A DNA stretch of 64,000 bases from Octopus sinensis (taxonomy: Eukaryota). The DNA lies in the NCBI RefSeq assembly GCF_006345805.1, contig NW_021834018.1, positions 5,583 through 69,582 on the forward strand. The letters are read 5' to 3'. Below the pieces are notes generated by a model. It searched no databases. It had not been told where the DNA came from and saw only the letters and a list, made by a program, of their open reading frames with translations. Both the position numbers and the translations under genes were made by a program. This document shows positions 52,356-63,423 of the stretch, one piece after another. Every line of letters begins with the position of its first letter. The first letter of the stretch is position 1.

Positions 52356-52864
52356 AACAAACATACATCCCTCCCCCAGACGTACAAATATTTCAGGCCT
52401 TCTGCCTATAGTGGAAACAAAATCGTATTTGCATAATGGATTCTGATTTTGGAACAAGGTTGCCATTTTGGAAGAGATGAGTTGGTCAATACCATCCACC
52501 CCAGTACTTGACTGGTACATCATTTTATCGAATGTGAAAGAATGAAATGCAAAATTTGGCTTTTGTAAGTCACTCCACTGTTTAATTTAATAAATAAAGA
52601 AGTGGTAACTATTTGCTGCATTGGCTAGTATTGAACCAAAATTAGGATTAATGATAATATGTATTATGATCTTAGAGAATCTATGTGGCTCAATGTTGAT
52701 AATATAGGCGCAGTCAAGGTTGCAGCATTGATAAGCATCAGTGCAACCACGTGCACGGCACATTGGGCATTAGTGAAGCTCCGGGCTAACAAAACATTTT
52801 GTGATTGATTTTTGGATATGAAAACTGTGAGGAAGCCCGCGATATGAATATATATCTTATCGCG

Positions 52865-53236
52865 GCACTCCGTCGGTTAGGATGTCGAGGGTTCCAGGTG
52901 ATCCGATCAACGGAACAGCCTGCTCGTGAAATTGACGTGCAAGTTGCTGAGCACTCCACAGACATGTGTACCCTTAACGTAGTTCTCGGGGAGATTCAGC
53001 GTGACTTAGAGTGTGACAAGGTTGACTCTTTCATATACAGGTACAACAGGAAACATAAAGAAAGAGTGAGAGATAGTTGTGGTAAAATAGTACAGCAGGG
53101 TTCGCCACCACAAACCCTGCCGGACGGAGCCTCATGGAGCTTTAAGAGTGCTTTCGCTCAATAAACACTCACAACGCTCGGTCTGGGAATCCTACGACCG
53201 CAAGCCCGCTGTCCTAACCACTGGGCCATTGCGCTT
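52865..53236 (-). mobile_element. Family C SINE, diverged full length
   Basis: Reverse complement of the C consensus from head to GGAGTGC tail. Confidence 0.85.
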
Positions 53237-53742
53237 ACGTATATCTTACATATTACACATGGATATTATACATATACACATTATATATATATATATAAAT
53301 TGTCAGGCAGAGAAACAGATACATATTCATACATACTTAAATATACACATATACACATAGAGTATATTTAATATAAACATACACATAAAGGAAACAATAT
53401 TCAAGGTACGACAACTTGTGTTGCATTGTATTGAAATGAAGAACGTGTCTAGTTTAAACATAGATAAGGATTGATGTGTGAAGGTTTGAACAGGAAGTGT
53501 GGCCCTTTAAGTTCGGAGGTTAAGTCAAAAGCACGGATGTGGGGTGATGTATAGTACCAAAATTGTTTTTAGAAAATGACAAAAACACTTTCGCTTCAAT
53601 CGACAAGAGAACAATAGGAAAAAGATATTCAGCAAGAGATTAGTAAAGAAATTAAATACCTACACACATAAACACGCACAAGCACGCACGTGCATACGCA
53701 TACATACAAGTATACGCATACACACGTACATATATATATAGC

Positions 53743-53774
<32 letters not shown>

Positions 53775-53929
53775 GCTCACTAATATATACACATATACAC
53801 GACGTTTCATCCCTCGACACAAAACAAAAATTTACTGGCACACAAGCGCATACGTTACTCATACACATACACACACATACACACAGATATTTATCGTATG
53901 TACACACGCACAAACACCTGTCACAGAAT

Positions 53930-53994
53930 TAATGATGATGACGACGATGATGTTGATGATGGTGTTGATAATAATAATAATAATGATAATAATG

Positions 53995-54088
<94 letters not shown>

Positions 54089-54102
54089 AACAACAACAAC
54101 AC

Positions 54103-54186
<84 letters not shown>

Positions 54187-54205
54187 TAATAATAATAATA
54201 ATAAT
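53930..54205. repeat. (GAT)n/(AAT)n microsatellite
   Basis: Directly visible. Confidence 0.95.
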
Positions 54206-54400
54206 CCTTTCTATTATAGGTACAAGGGTTGAAATTTGGAGGAGAGGATAGTCGATGTTATCGACCTCAGTACTCAACTGGTATTTAATTTATCGACCCC
54301 GAAACGATGATAGGCAAAGTCGACCTTGGCGGAATTTGAACTCAGAACGTCAAGACATTTTGTCCAGCGTGCTAATGATTCTTTCAGCTCGCCGCCTTAA
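54205..54400 (-). mobile_element. Family B SINE with B2 tail
   Basis: B head and core plus a tail whose reverse complement reads CCTCC.AATTTCAACCCTTGTACCTATAATAGAAAGG. Confidence 0.8.
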
Positions 54401-54784
54401 TAATAATAAGAAGAATTCTTTCTTTTATAGGCACTAGGCCTGAAATCTGTGGGAGGGGGCTTGTCAATTACATCGACCCCAGAACTCGATTGGTACTTAA
54501 TTTAGCGACCTCGAAATGATGGAAGTCGACATTGAATACAACAGTATTTACAGGATACCGGAGATATGCAATTAGCAATTCCCGTTGGAATCAAAAGATC
54601 TCACTCTGTGTGGCGTAAGAATAAAAAGCAAACAAAAATGGCGCTTAAAATTTACGACAGCGTTTTTGGGAGAAATTTTATTCATTTAATTGTGATATAA
54701 AACATTACAGAAAAATATACAATCCACCGTCATCACACTATTCTATATTTTGGGGATGATAAATTATTATGTACATTCTCTTTT

Positions 54785-55024
54785 ACACTTTTACTCGTTT
54801 CAACCAGAACTTATTATATCGCCCGCTTTTGACAAACCACTAAATTGCGGGGAGGTGAACACACCAACGTCGGTTGTCAAGTAATGGTGGAGGGACAAAC
54901 ACAAACATACAAACTCATACACACACACACACGCACACATATACATATATATATATATACATACATACATGCATACATACATACATACATACACACACAT
55001 ATATATATATATACATACATATAT

Positions 55025-55073
<49 letters not shown>

Positions 55074-55084
55074 CATACATATAT

Positions 55085-55135
<51 letters not shown>

Positions 55136-55160
55136 CGATGGACTTCTTTCAGTTTCCGTC
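54785..55160 (-). mobile_element. Family A SINE remnant with expanded internal microsatellite
   Basis: A body at 54785-54905 and ACGA...CTTCTTTCAGTTTCCGTCTA at 55135-55160 flank ~230 bp of CA/TA repeats. Confidence 0.7.
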
Positions 55161-55710
55161 TAAAAATTCTTGGAAGAGGTGCCCCAGCATGGCCACTGAA
55201 ACAAATAAAATGACAAAAGATAAAAGATATGGTGTTGTCGACACCGGGAAGCTGGAAATGTTAAAACCAGAGTCCAGAGGTTAAGAAAAGGTTTTAAAAT
55301 CGCATCATCCACTTACGTGAAACTTGGGTACAATTGGATTGTCAAACTCACGTTGCACCGCGGTAAAGACAAGGCACAGCGTTAAACTTACGCTGACTTC
55401 TGGTATGTTTATGTTCGTTGCCTGCTTTGTATTTTTCGGCTATAATTTAAGATTTTCATATACAACTCGAGCGATTTGAGAAATTTTATCGTCAAACTGG
55501 AAAAAAACATTGCAAGACAGATAGAACAACGAGGCTGTATATTAAAACATACACATACACATACACACACACGTACACGCACACTCACACACTCATATAC
55601 ATATACATATATCGATATATAATTAGGCCAACACGTCGCAGCCTTTGAGCTAAAACGCATAAAAGCATAAAAAGGAACTTATCTCTCTCTCCCCCTCTCT
55701 CTCTCTATAA

Positions 55711-55750
<40 letters not shown>

Positions 55751-55751
<1 letters not shown>

Positions 55752-56127
55752 GATAAATATCAAAGTGAGTTATATACAGTAGCGGTAACACATCGTGACG
55801 TATATTTGCCATTTCAATATGGCTACCCCTAAGGGTGGATGCTACTGTAGATTTTAGCCCCAGGAGGACACACTCCTCCAGCTGGCCATAGACACACTTT
55901 CTGTGTCCTGTCAGTATTTGCAAAGGGAAGTCATCCTTCCCGTCTTCAACTTATGATACACACGGACTCGAGTTTCGAGGTATTGACCTCTCGTCAGCGT
56001 GTGACAATCATAGTTGTCGCCGAGAATTAGATTTCCTTCACAAATACTTATACTTTTTCCAGCGTCCACTGTCGCTGATATTGAAAAAGTGAAATCAAAC
56101 AATGATAAATATCAAAGTGAGTTATAT
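55751..56127 (-). mobile_element. Retrozyme-like unit, copy A (352 nt plus ~25-nt terminal redundancy)
   Basis: TGATAAATATCAAAGTGAGTTATATA at both 55751 and 56103; reverse complement about 99% identical to copies B and C; contains an HHR. Confidence 0.88.
55959..56003 (-). ncRNA. Type I hammerhead ribozyme, copy A
   Basis: CACACG-CTGACGA-GAGG(TCAATA)CCTC-GAAA-CTCGAG-TC-CGTGTG on the minus strand. Confidence 0.92.
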
Positions 56128-56151
56128 AACTCACTTTGATATTATAACTAA

Positions 56152-56503
56152 CTGTATATAACTCACTTTGATATTTATCATTGTTTGATTTCACTTTTTC
56201 AATATCAGCGACAGTGGACGCTGGAAAAAGTATAAGTATTTGTGAAGGAAATCTAATTCTCGGCGACAACTATGATTGTCACACGCTGACGAGAGGTCAA
56301 TACCTCGAAACTCGAGTCCGTGTGTATCATAAGTTGAAGACGGGAAGGATGACTTCCCTTTGCAAATACTGACAGGACACAGAAATTGTGTCTATGGCCA
56401 GCTGGAGGAGTGTGTCCTCCTGGGGCTAAAAACTACAGTAGCATCCACCCTTAGGGGTAGCCATATTGAAATGGCAAATATACGTCACGATGTGTTACCG
56501 CTA
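56152..56503 (+). mobile_element. Retrozyme-like unit, copy B (352 nt)
   Basis: Exact 352-nt period with copy C (identical ORF-track entries at 56181 and 56533). Confidence 0.9.
56280..56324 (+). ncRNA. Type I hammerhead ribozyme, copy B; predicted cleavage after C56318
   Basis: Stem I CACACG/CGTGTG, core CUGACGA and GAAA, stem II GAGG/CCUC, palindromic stem III ACUCGAGU, GUC triplet. Confidence 0.93.
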
Positions 56504-56843
56504 CTGTATATAACTCACTTTGATATTTATCATTGTTTGATTTCACTTTTTCAATATCAGCGACAGTGGACGCTGGAAAAAGTGTAAGTATTTGTGAAGG
56601 AAATCTAATTCTCGGCGACAACTATGATTGTCACACGCTGACGAGAGGTCAATACCTCGAAACTCGAGTCCGTGTGTATCATAAGTTGAAGACGGGAAGG
56701 ATGACTTCCCTTTGCAAATACTGACAGGACACAGAGAGTGTGTCTATGGCCAGCTGGAGGAGTGTGTCCTCCTGGGGCTAAAAACTACAGTAGCATCCAC
56801 CCTTAGGGGTAGCCATATTGAAATGGCAAATATACGTCACGAT
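56504..56843 (+). mobile_element. Retrozyme-like unit, copy C (slightly truncated, ends in (AT)n)
   Basis: Tandem repeat of copy B with two or three substitutions. Confidence 0.9.
56632..56676 (+). ncRNA. Type I hammerhead ribozyme, copy C; predicted cleavage after C56670
   Basis: Identical motif to copy B, 352 nt downstream. Confidence 0.93.
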
Positions 56844-56864
56844 ATATATATATATATATATATA

Positions 56865-57060
56865 TTCGCCAAGCTGGAACGCTGAAATCTAAAAGGATTT
56901 TTTCATTCTCTCTCTGTTTATTTTCACTTATTCCATTCTGCCGAAGAGCGTAGGCTCGAAACGTAAAAGACTTCTTCATTTTCTCAAGCGTCAGAATAAT
57001 ACACTTGTTTGTTGTTTACACATCTACCTTTGTCCTTTCTTTTCCTATAACTATCAACTA
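56865..57060 (+). mobile_element. Family H repeat (Penelope-like tail)
   Basis: CTGCCGAAGAGCGTAGGCTCGAAACGTAAAAGAC; homologous to 41434-41625. Confidence 0.7.
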
Positions 57061-57096
57061 TACATACTTATATACACACACACATACATACATACA

Positions 57097-57132
<36 letters not shown>

Positions 57133-57163
57133 TTATATATACATATGCATGTATATATGTGTA

Positions 57164-57548
57164 GTGGAGGCGCAATGGCCCAGTGGTTAGGGCAGCGGAC
57201 TCGCGGTCATAGGATCGCAGTTTCGATTTCCAGACCGGGCGTTGTGAGTGTTTATTGAGCGAAAACACCTAAAGCCCCACGAGGCTCCGGCAGGGGTTGG
57301 TGGTGATCCCTGCTGTACTCTTTCACCACAACTTTCTCTCACTCTTACTTCCTGTTTCTGTTGTACCTGTATTTCAAGGGGCCGGCCTGGTCACTCTCTG
57401 TGTCACGCTGAATATCCCCGAGAATTACGTTAAGGTTACACGTGTCTATGGAGTGCTCAGTCACTTACACGTTAATTTCACGAACAGGCTGTTCCGTTGA
57501 TTTGGGATCAACCGGAATTCTCGTCGTCGTAACCGACGCAGTGCTTCC
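57164..57548 (+). mobile_element. Family C SINE, full length
   Basis: Near identical to 8544-8929. Confidence 0.92.
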
Positions 57549-57912
57549 TTCCATATATGTGTATATATATAAAACAGAGCTAATAGTGAGGGATTATCAA
57601 TCCGGGCAAAATACTTCATAAACTCTCTGCTGGCAAAACCAAGTTAAGAATATTACTCAAATTCTTGAAGAACTATTCTTATGGCAGGCTCCGAGGTTAT
57701 GGTTCATCACAATTCTATATTGTAAATCTGTGTTTGGGCTCCAGTCAGACTGGTTTTTCCACAGAGTGATATATAAATAAGGCAAAGTATAAATTAATAA
57801 TCATTACGGATTTTTCCTTTATTACAAGAAATTCTGCTCTAATAAAGAAAAAAAACATTTAATGAGCATTATACTTACATTTCGTCTTATATACATACAT
57901 ACACACACACAC

Positions 57913-57974
<62 letters not shown>

Positions 57975-58541
57975 GTGTATATATATATATGTATATATAT
58001 ATATATGTGTATATATATATATTATATATATATATTATATATATGTATGTACATGTGCGTGAGTGTGTGCGTTTAAATAGAAAGGGATAGAAAGAGAAAA
58101 GAAAGAGGGGGGAGAGAAAATATCATAGACAAAGTATATGTGCGTGTGAACGTGTGCACGTGCGTGTATGTGTGTTTGCGTGTGTGTGTGGTGTGTGTTT
58201 GTGAACACATGTATAAAAAATATATAGATACAAATTTCGTACGAGACTTTTCACCTCAGTTGCAAGCGATTTTAATGATATGTAAATATATTGTGTGAAA
58301 AAACTACGTATAGTAAATTGGAACCTTTTATGATTGTCAACAATACTTCTATTATTTAGTTTATGGCATGTTATATGATAATTTCTATCTGCGTATTGTA
58401 CGTCGCCACCTCTACATACTTGTCTCTTTCCACCTTTAATTTAACACATACATACATGCATACGTACATACGTGCACATACATACACAAACATACACACA
58501 TAAACACATGCATACAGACAAAGACATATATAGAATCAGAT

Positions 58542-58595
<54 letters not shown>

Positions 58596-58685
58596 GCACA
58601 CAGTATTCCCAAGACTATCGCGGATGTTACGTTCAGTAACACCACCTCCGTGATAGGTGAAACTCCGCGAAGTAGAAACAATACT

Positions 58686-59104
58686 GGGATCTTTTTGGTT
58701 TGAACGGCAGTTTTTTCTAGCGGTGTCATATGAAATTGGTACCCATAATTATGACCCTAGTATCGATCTATTGCATTTCAATCTGTTTTAGGGTTAGGAT
58801 TAGGGTTGGAGGGAAGGGTATCTTTTTTCTTCACAAATGTAAATAAATCCAATCTGTTTGTTAAACGAGGGACATATTCATACGGCACAAAATGGTTTTT
58901 TACCTCAATGGACGTCACTGATTGGTTGAAATTGTAGAAATTGAAGAAAAATAACAACAAATATCTTACAAACTATAACATTTTCTCAATAAAGCCAAGA
59001 GAAAAAGATGTTTTATAAACACATTCTACCAGTATACGAAGTTAAAAATTTTTTAGTTACCTAGAAATTATGTTAAAAACTGCCGTTCAAACCGAAAAGA
59101 TCCC
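58686..59104. mobile_element. MITE with ~30-bp TIRs and 6-bp TSD
   Basis: GGGATCTTTTTGGTTTGAACGGCAGTTTTT ... AAAAACTGCCGTTCAAACCGAAAAGATCCC; AATACT at 58680-58685 and 59105-59110; internal TTAGGG-TTAGGA-TTAGGG at 58788-58805. Confidence 0.9.
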
Positions 59105-60059
59105 AATACTGTACTACATATTTTAAAAATTGTTTCTATAATTTGTATATATTTTATTATAAATGCGAAACAACACCAGAGAAGAATCGACGTAAGCTTT
59201 AAATAACAAACCGCGATATGGCGGTGGATTACTGTATATAGAGAGAGACAAGCAAAGAAATAAGAATATAGACATTTTTTTGGTTACATCAGTTTTCTCA
59301 AACGATTTTGTTTTTTAACCTATGGACACGTTTGATTCTCTTTTACACGGATGGAATGTCCTCCTCATTCCAATGTTTAAAAGAGTCATATTTTTATAAT
59401 TCAATATTATTAGGAATTAAGGCTGTATAATTAGGACTTTACGTTCTCAGTTCAAATTCCACCGAGGTCGACTTTGCTTTTCATGCTTTCGTTGTTGATT
59501 AAATACGTACCAGTTAGGTGTATACGTGCGTGACTCTGTGTGTGTGTGTGGGGGGGGGTTGTGTTTGTGTTTGTGTGTGTGTTTGTGTGTATGTGTCACT
59601 GTCACCCTGGATCGACCAGTCTACTGGATGTTATTATATACCGCTGCTCGCAACAGGTTCCCTCTCGTTGATTTAGCATTCAAACGATGCCACCCTGTCG
59701 AGTAGGCAGGCAGACCTATATTCCCCATGAAGCGAACGGCAGGCTGCCGCGGCTGAGTATGATTGGAACAGCGTGAAATAGAAGTTAGTTGCTCTCTGAA
59801 CACAACGATTCCTCTATCCGAGAAACCAACTCACGGTCTTTTCTTGCGTATGGGTCATGCCAAACTTCTCTATAGCATACCAATTTTAGAATAGCTACTG
59901 CCGAAGCCACGATCTTATGGTCGTGTGTGCCACAACCAAAAGACCACTCAATTCGCTGTCTCTTTCTGTCTCTCTAACTCAAAATCTTGCTTTCTCTTCT
60001 CTCTCTCACTATGTGTGTATATATGTATGTGTATATATGTATGTGTGTTTATATATATA

Positions 60060-60170
60060 TAGTTCAAATTTACGGAAAACGAAAGACGAAGACAGATGAG
60101 GGAACAACGGAACAACAAGTAGGTGTAATGGTTTTACGCTCGGGAAGAATGGAAAAGTCTCCGACGTGTG
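60060..60170 (-). mobile_element. Family H repeat, 3' fragment
   Basis: Reverse complement CCCGAGCGTAAAACCATTACACCTACTTGTTGTT...TGTCTTCGTCTTTCGTTTTCCGTAAATTTGAACTA matches the H tail. Confidence 0.6.
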
Positions 60171-60374
60171 TATCTGTATATATATATGTACGAATATTTG
60201 GATGTATATGCATGCGCGCCTGCATATATGTATGTATGCATGTATGTATGCATGCGCGCCTGCATATATGTATGTATGCATGTATGCATGTATGTATGTA
60301 TGCATGTATCTATCGATCTATCTATCTATCATCTATCTATCTATATCTATCTATATTTCTGTCTATCTAAAGAA

Positions 60375-60442
<68 letters not shown>

Positions 60443-60727
60443 CTTTATCCATCTCTCTATGTATGTATGTACGTACGTATGTATGTATGTATGTATGTAT
60501 GTATGTATGTATGTATTATCTATTTATCTATATATCTATCTATCTTATGATTGGACCAGGCAAAATATCGGGTGGGTTATGTTGATTTAGGGACCAAGTT
60601 TCTTTTTCGACAGCTTTGCTTCCATGATATAGATAGATAGATAGATAGATAAATATATATTTTTCTTTATTAGCCACAGAGGGCTGCACAAAGACGGGAC
60701 AAATTACAAGGTAGAGGTTTTAGATAA

Positions 60728-60802
<75 letters not shown>

Positions 60803-61559
60803 CATACGCACGCAGCAGTCTCATACAAACGCACTTGCATGCACGCTCGCATACATACACACACACAAACAGAGTTTCATATAGTTTCATATAGGGTTAT
60901 TTATTGTACACGTGACAAAATATTCAGTGTCTATCTTAGTGTTTCGTGTTCAAATCATGCCGAAGTCGTCTTTGCCTTTCATCTTTTCGAGTTCCATAAA
61001 TTAAGTACCAGATACGTACTGGGGTCTATTTAATCAACTGGTTCCCCACCTTAAATTGCTGACCTTGTGGCTACATGAGAGAAGATTATTATTATTGTTA
61101 TTGTCATTATTATTATTATTATCATCGTCGTCGTCATTATTATTATTATTATATTATTATTATTATTATTATTATTATATTATTATTATTATTATCATTA
61201 TTATTATTATTATTATTATTATCTCTATTTAAATTATTATTATTATTTCAGTGTATACCCTGCTGTCAATGTAGTATGTACGGTCGAGTAAACTTCTTGT
61301 GAAAAAGAAAATACTGTCCACTGAAAAAGGATGCACACTTTGTGAAGAAGAGCCGACGACATGGGAGACGGACAAGCTTCCCCGACCCCACTCGACCTGA
61401 ATGACATGAAATTCACAGCCACTGATTGGCAAGAGAAACAAAGTTCCAATAAAACACTTAAACAAATGGAATATTTAAACGAATTGCTGTGCGAAACTGC
61501 TGATAAATGATCATATTTTAAAACCGCTTAAAAACGACACAAGACTGTTTCAAACTGTG

Positions 61560-61942
61560 TGGAAGCACTCCGTCGGTTACGACGATGAGGGTTCTCGTTG
61601 ATCCGAATCAACGGAACAGCCTACTCGTGAAATTCACGTGTAAGTGGCTGAGCACTCCACAGACACGTGTATCCTTAACGTAGTTCTCGGGGATATTCAG
61701 CGTGACACAGAGAGTGACAAGACCGGCCCTTTGAAGTAGAGGTACAACAGAAACAGGAAGTAAGAGTGAAAGAAAGTCGTGGTGAAAGAGTACAGCAGGA
61801 ATCACCACCATCCCCTGCCGGAGCCTCGTGGAGCTTTAGGTGTTTTCGCTCAATAAATACTCACAACGCCCGGTAGTTGAATCGAAACCGCGATTCTATG
61901 ACCGCGAGTCCGCTGCCCTAACCACTAGGCCATTGCGCCCCC
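61560..61942 (-). mobile_element. Family C SINE, full length
   Basis: Reverse complement of the C consensus. Confidence 0.92.
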
Positions 61943-62459
61943 TGTTTCAAACTAGTGAGGGAGAGAGTATATTTCAACAATAAAAAAAGAACAGACCCTC
62001 AAGGTTTTTTTTCTTTTCGTGTGTGTGTGGGAAGGTTTTGTCTTAAACAATGCACGAGGCTAACGTAGCGTATGGGACAACAAATAAGGTAAAGAATGGG
62101 CCTACAAATTCAAAAGGTGGCGATTGATTCAATATCACTGGAGCCGAGGAGAGCAATACCACATAAGTGAGTTCCAGAGATCGGCAGTTCGAATAATGTA
62201 GCTGTTAAAATGAAAAGACTTTTAACTAACACAAAGGTGAATGGAGAAACAATGCGCCGTGGGAAGGGAGACGGATGACACGTTTAGGGGTCATGCTCTA
62301 ATATGAGACAAAAACTCCCTAAACTAAGGATCTGGGATCTCTAACTCTAAATAACACATTCGTGAATTATGTCGCAGATGTTATCAGTGAAGCGGGGTAG
62401 ATTAATATATTGCTTGGAGACTTAGTATGTATGTATGTATGTATGTATGTATGTATTGG

Positions 62460-62491
<32 letters not shown>

Positions 62492-62510
62492 ATATGTATG
62501 TATGTATGTA

Positions 62511-62736
62511 TTTCACGTTGCTCCAGTTCACTCAGCTGTAGAAATGAGTTGCGACGTCACTGGTGCCAAGCTGTATCGATCTTTGTCTTTCCCTTGGATA
62601 ACACGGTGGCGTGGAAGGGGAGGCTGTGTTATGCGTGGGCGACTGCTGGCCTTCCATAAACAACCTTGCCCGGACTTGTGTCTAGGAGGGTAACTTTCTA
62701 GGTGCAATCCATGGTCATTCATGACCGAATGGGGTC
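62511..62736 (+). mobile_element. Family D SINE, 5' truncated
   Basis: Homologous to the reverse complement of 31812-32045. Confidence 0.85.
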
Positions 62737-62770
62737 AAAATGTAATGTATGTACGTATGTATGTACGAAT

Positions 62771-62818
<48 letters not shown>

Positions 62819-63041
62819 ATATATACATATATTATATATGTATGTATACATTCATATACATATAAATATATATATATAGAGAGAGATATATATAGATATA
62901 TATACATATATATATATGTATACACATATACATATATATACAATTATATATATATATATATAAATATATATATATATTTATTTATGCATTTATATTTATA
63001 TATATATCATATATATAAATATAATACATGTATACACACAC

Positions 63042-63072
<31 letters not shown>

Positions 63073-63423
63073 TACATGTATACATGTATACACACATATA
63101 TATAGGCACATGGTTTGGTGGTTAGGGTGTTGCGATCGCGAGGTCGCTGTCTCAGTTCCTAGACCGGGAGGTGCGTTCTGTTCTCGATCAAAACGCTTCG
63201 CCTTACGTTTTTTTTTTTCTGCGGTCACTTCGCTTCCTGGCGCACGTAGGTACATCGCACATCTTTTCAGACAACGTCGATTTGGCAGAGAGAGTGAGCT
63301 AATGAGCGGCACATACTCTTGACAACTACAAACAAATCATTTTTGCAGGTCGGTTGGTAACAGCTGGACTCTCAAACATTGTCTTCGAAGGGAGAGTCCA
63401 TCTTGTCTTTTCGTATCTAAATA

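Noticed and set aside
55705-56724. Repeated 63-75-aa ORFs (MFDFTFSISATVDAGK..., MQILTGHR...)
   Set aside because: Short, start at TTG/alternative codons, resemble no protein I know, and are by-products of the 352-nt RNA repeat.
58788-58805. Interstitial telomere
   Set aside because: Only three imperfect units, and they lie inside a MITE.
61270-61500. Coding-like segment (KGCTLCEEEPTT; PLDLNDMKFTATDW...ELLCETADK)
   Set aside because: Open stretches are in different frames with stops between them; no family recognised and no consistent splice sites.
316-63322. Most ORF-track entries (poly-YI, HT, VC, poly-T/S/L/V peptides)
   Set aside because: They are translations of di-, tri- and tetranucleotide microsatellites, which lack stops in some frames.
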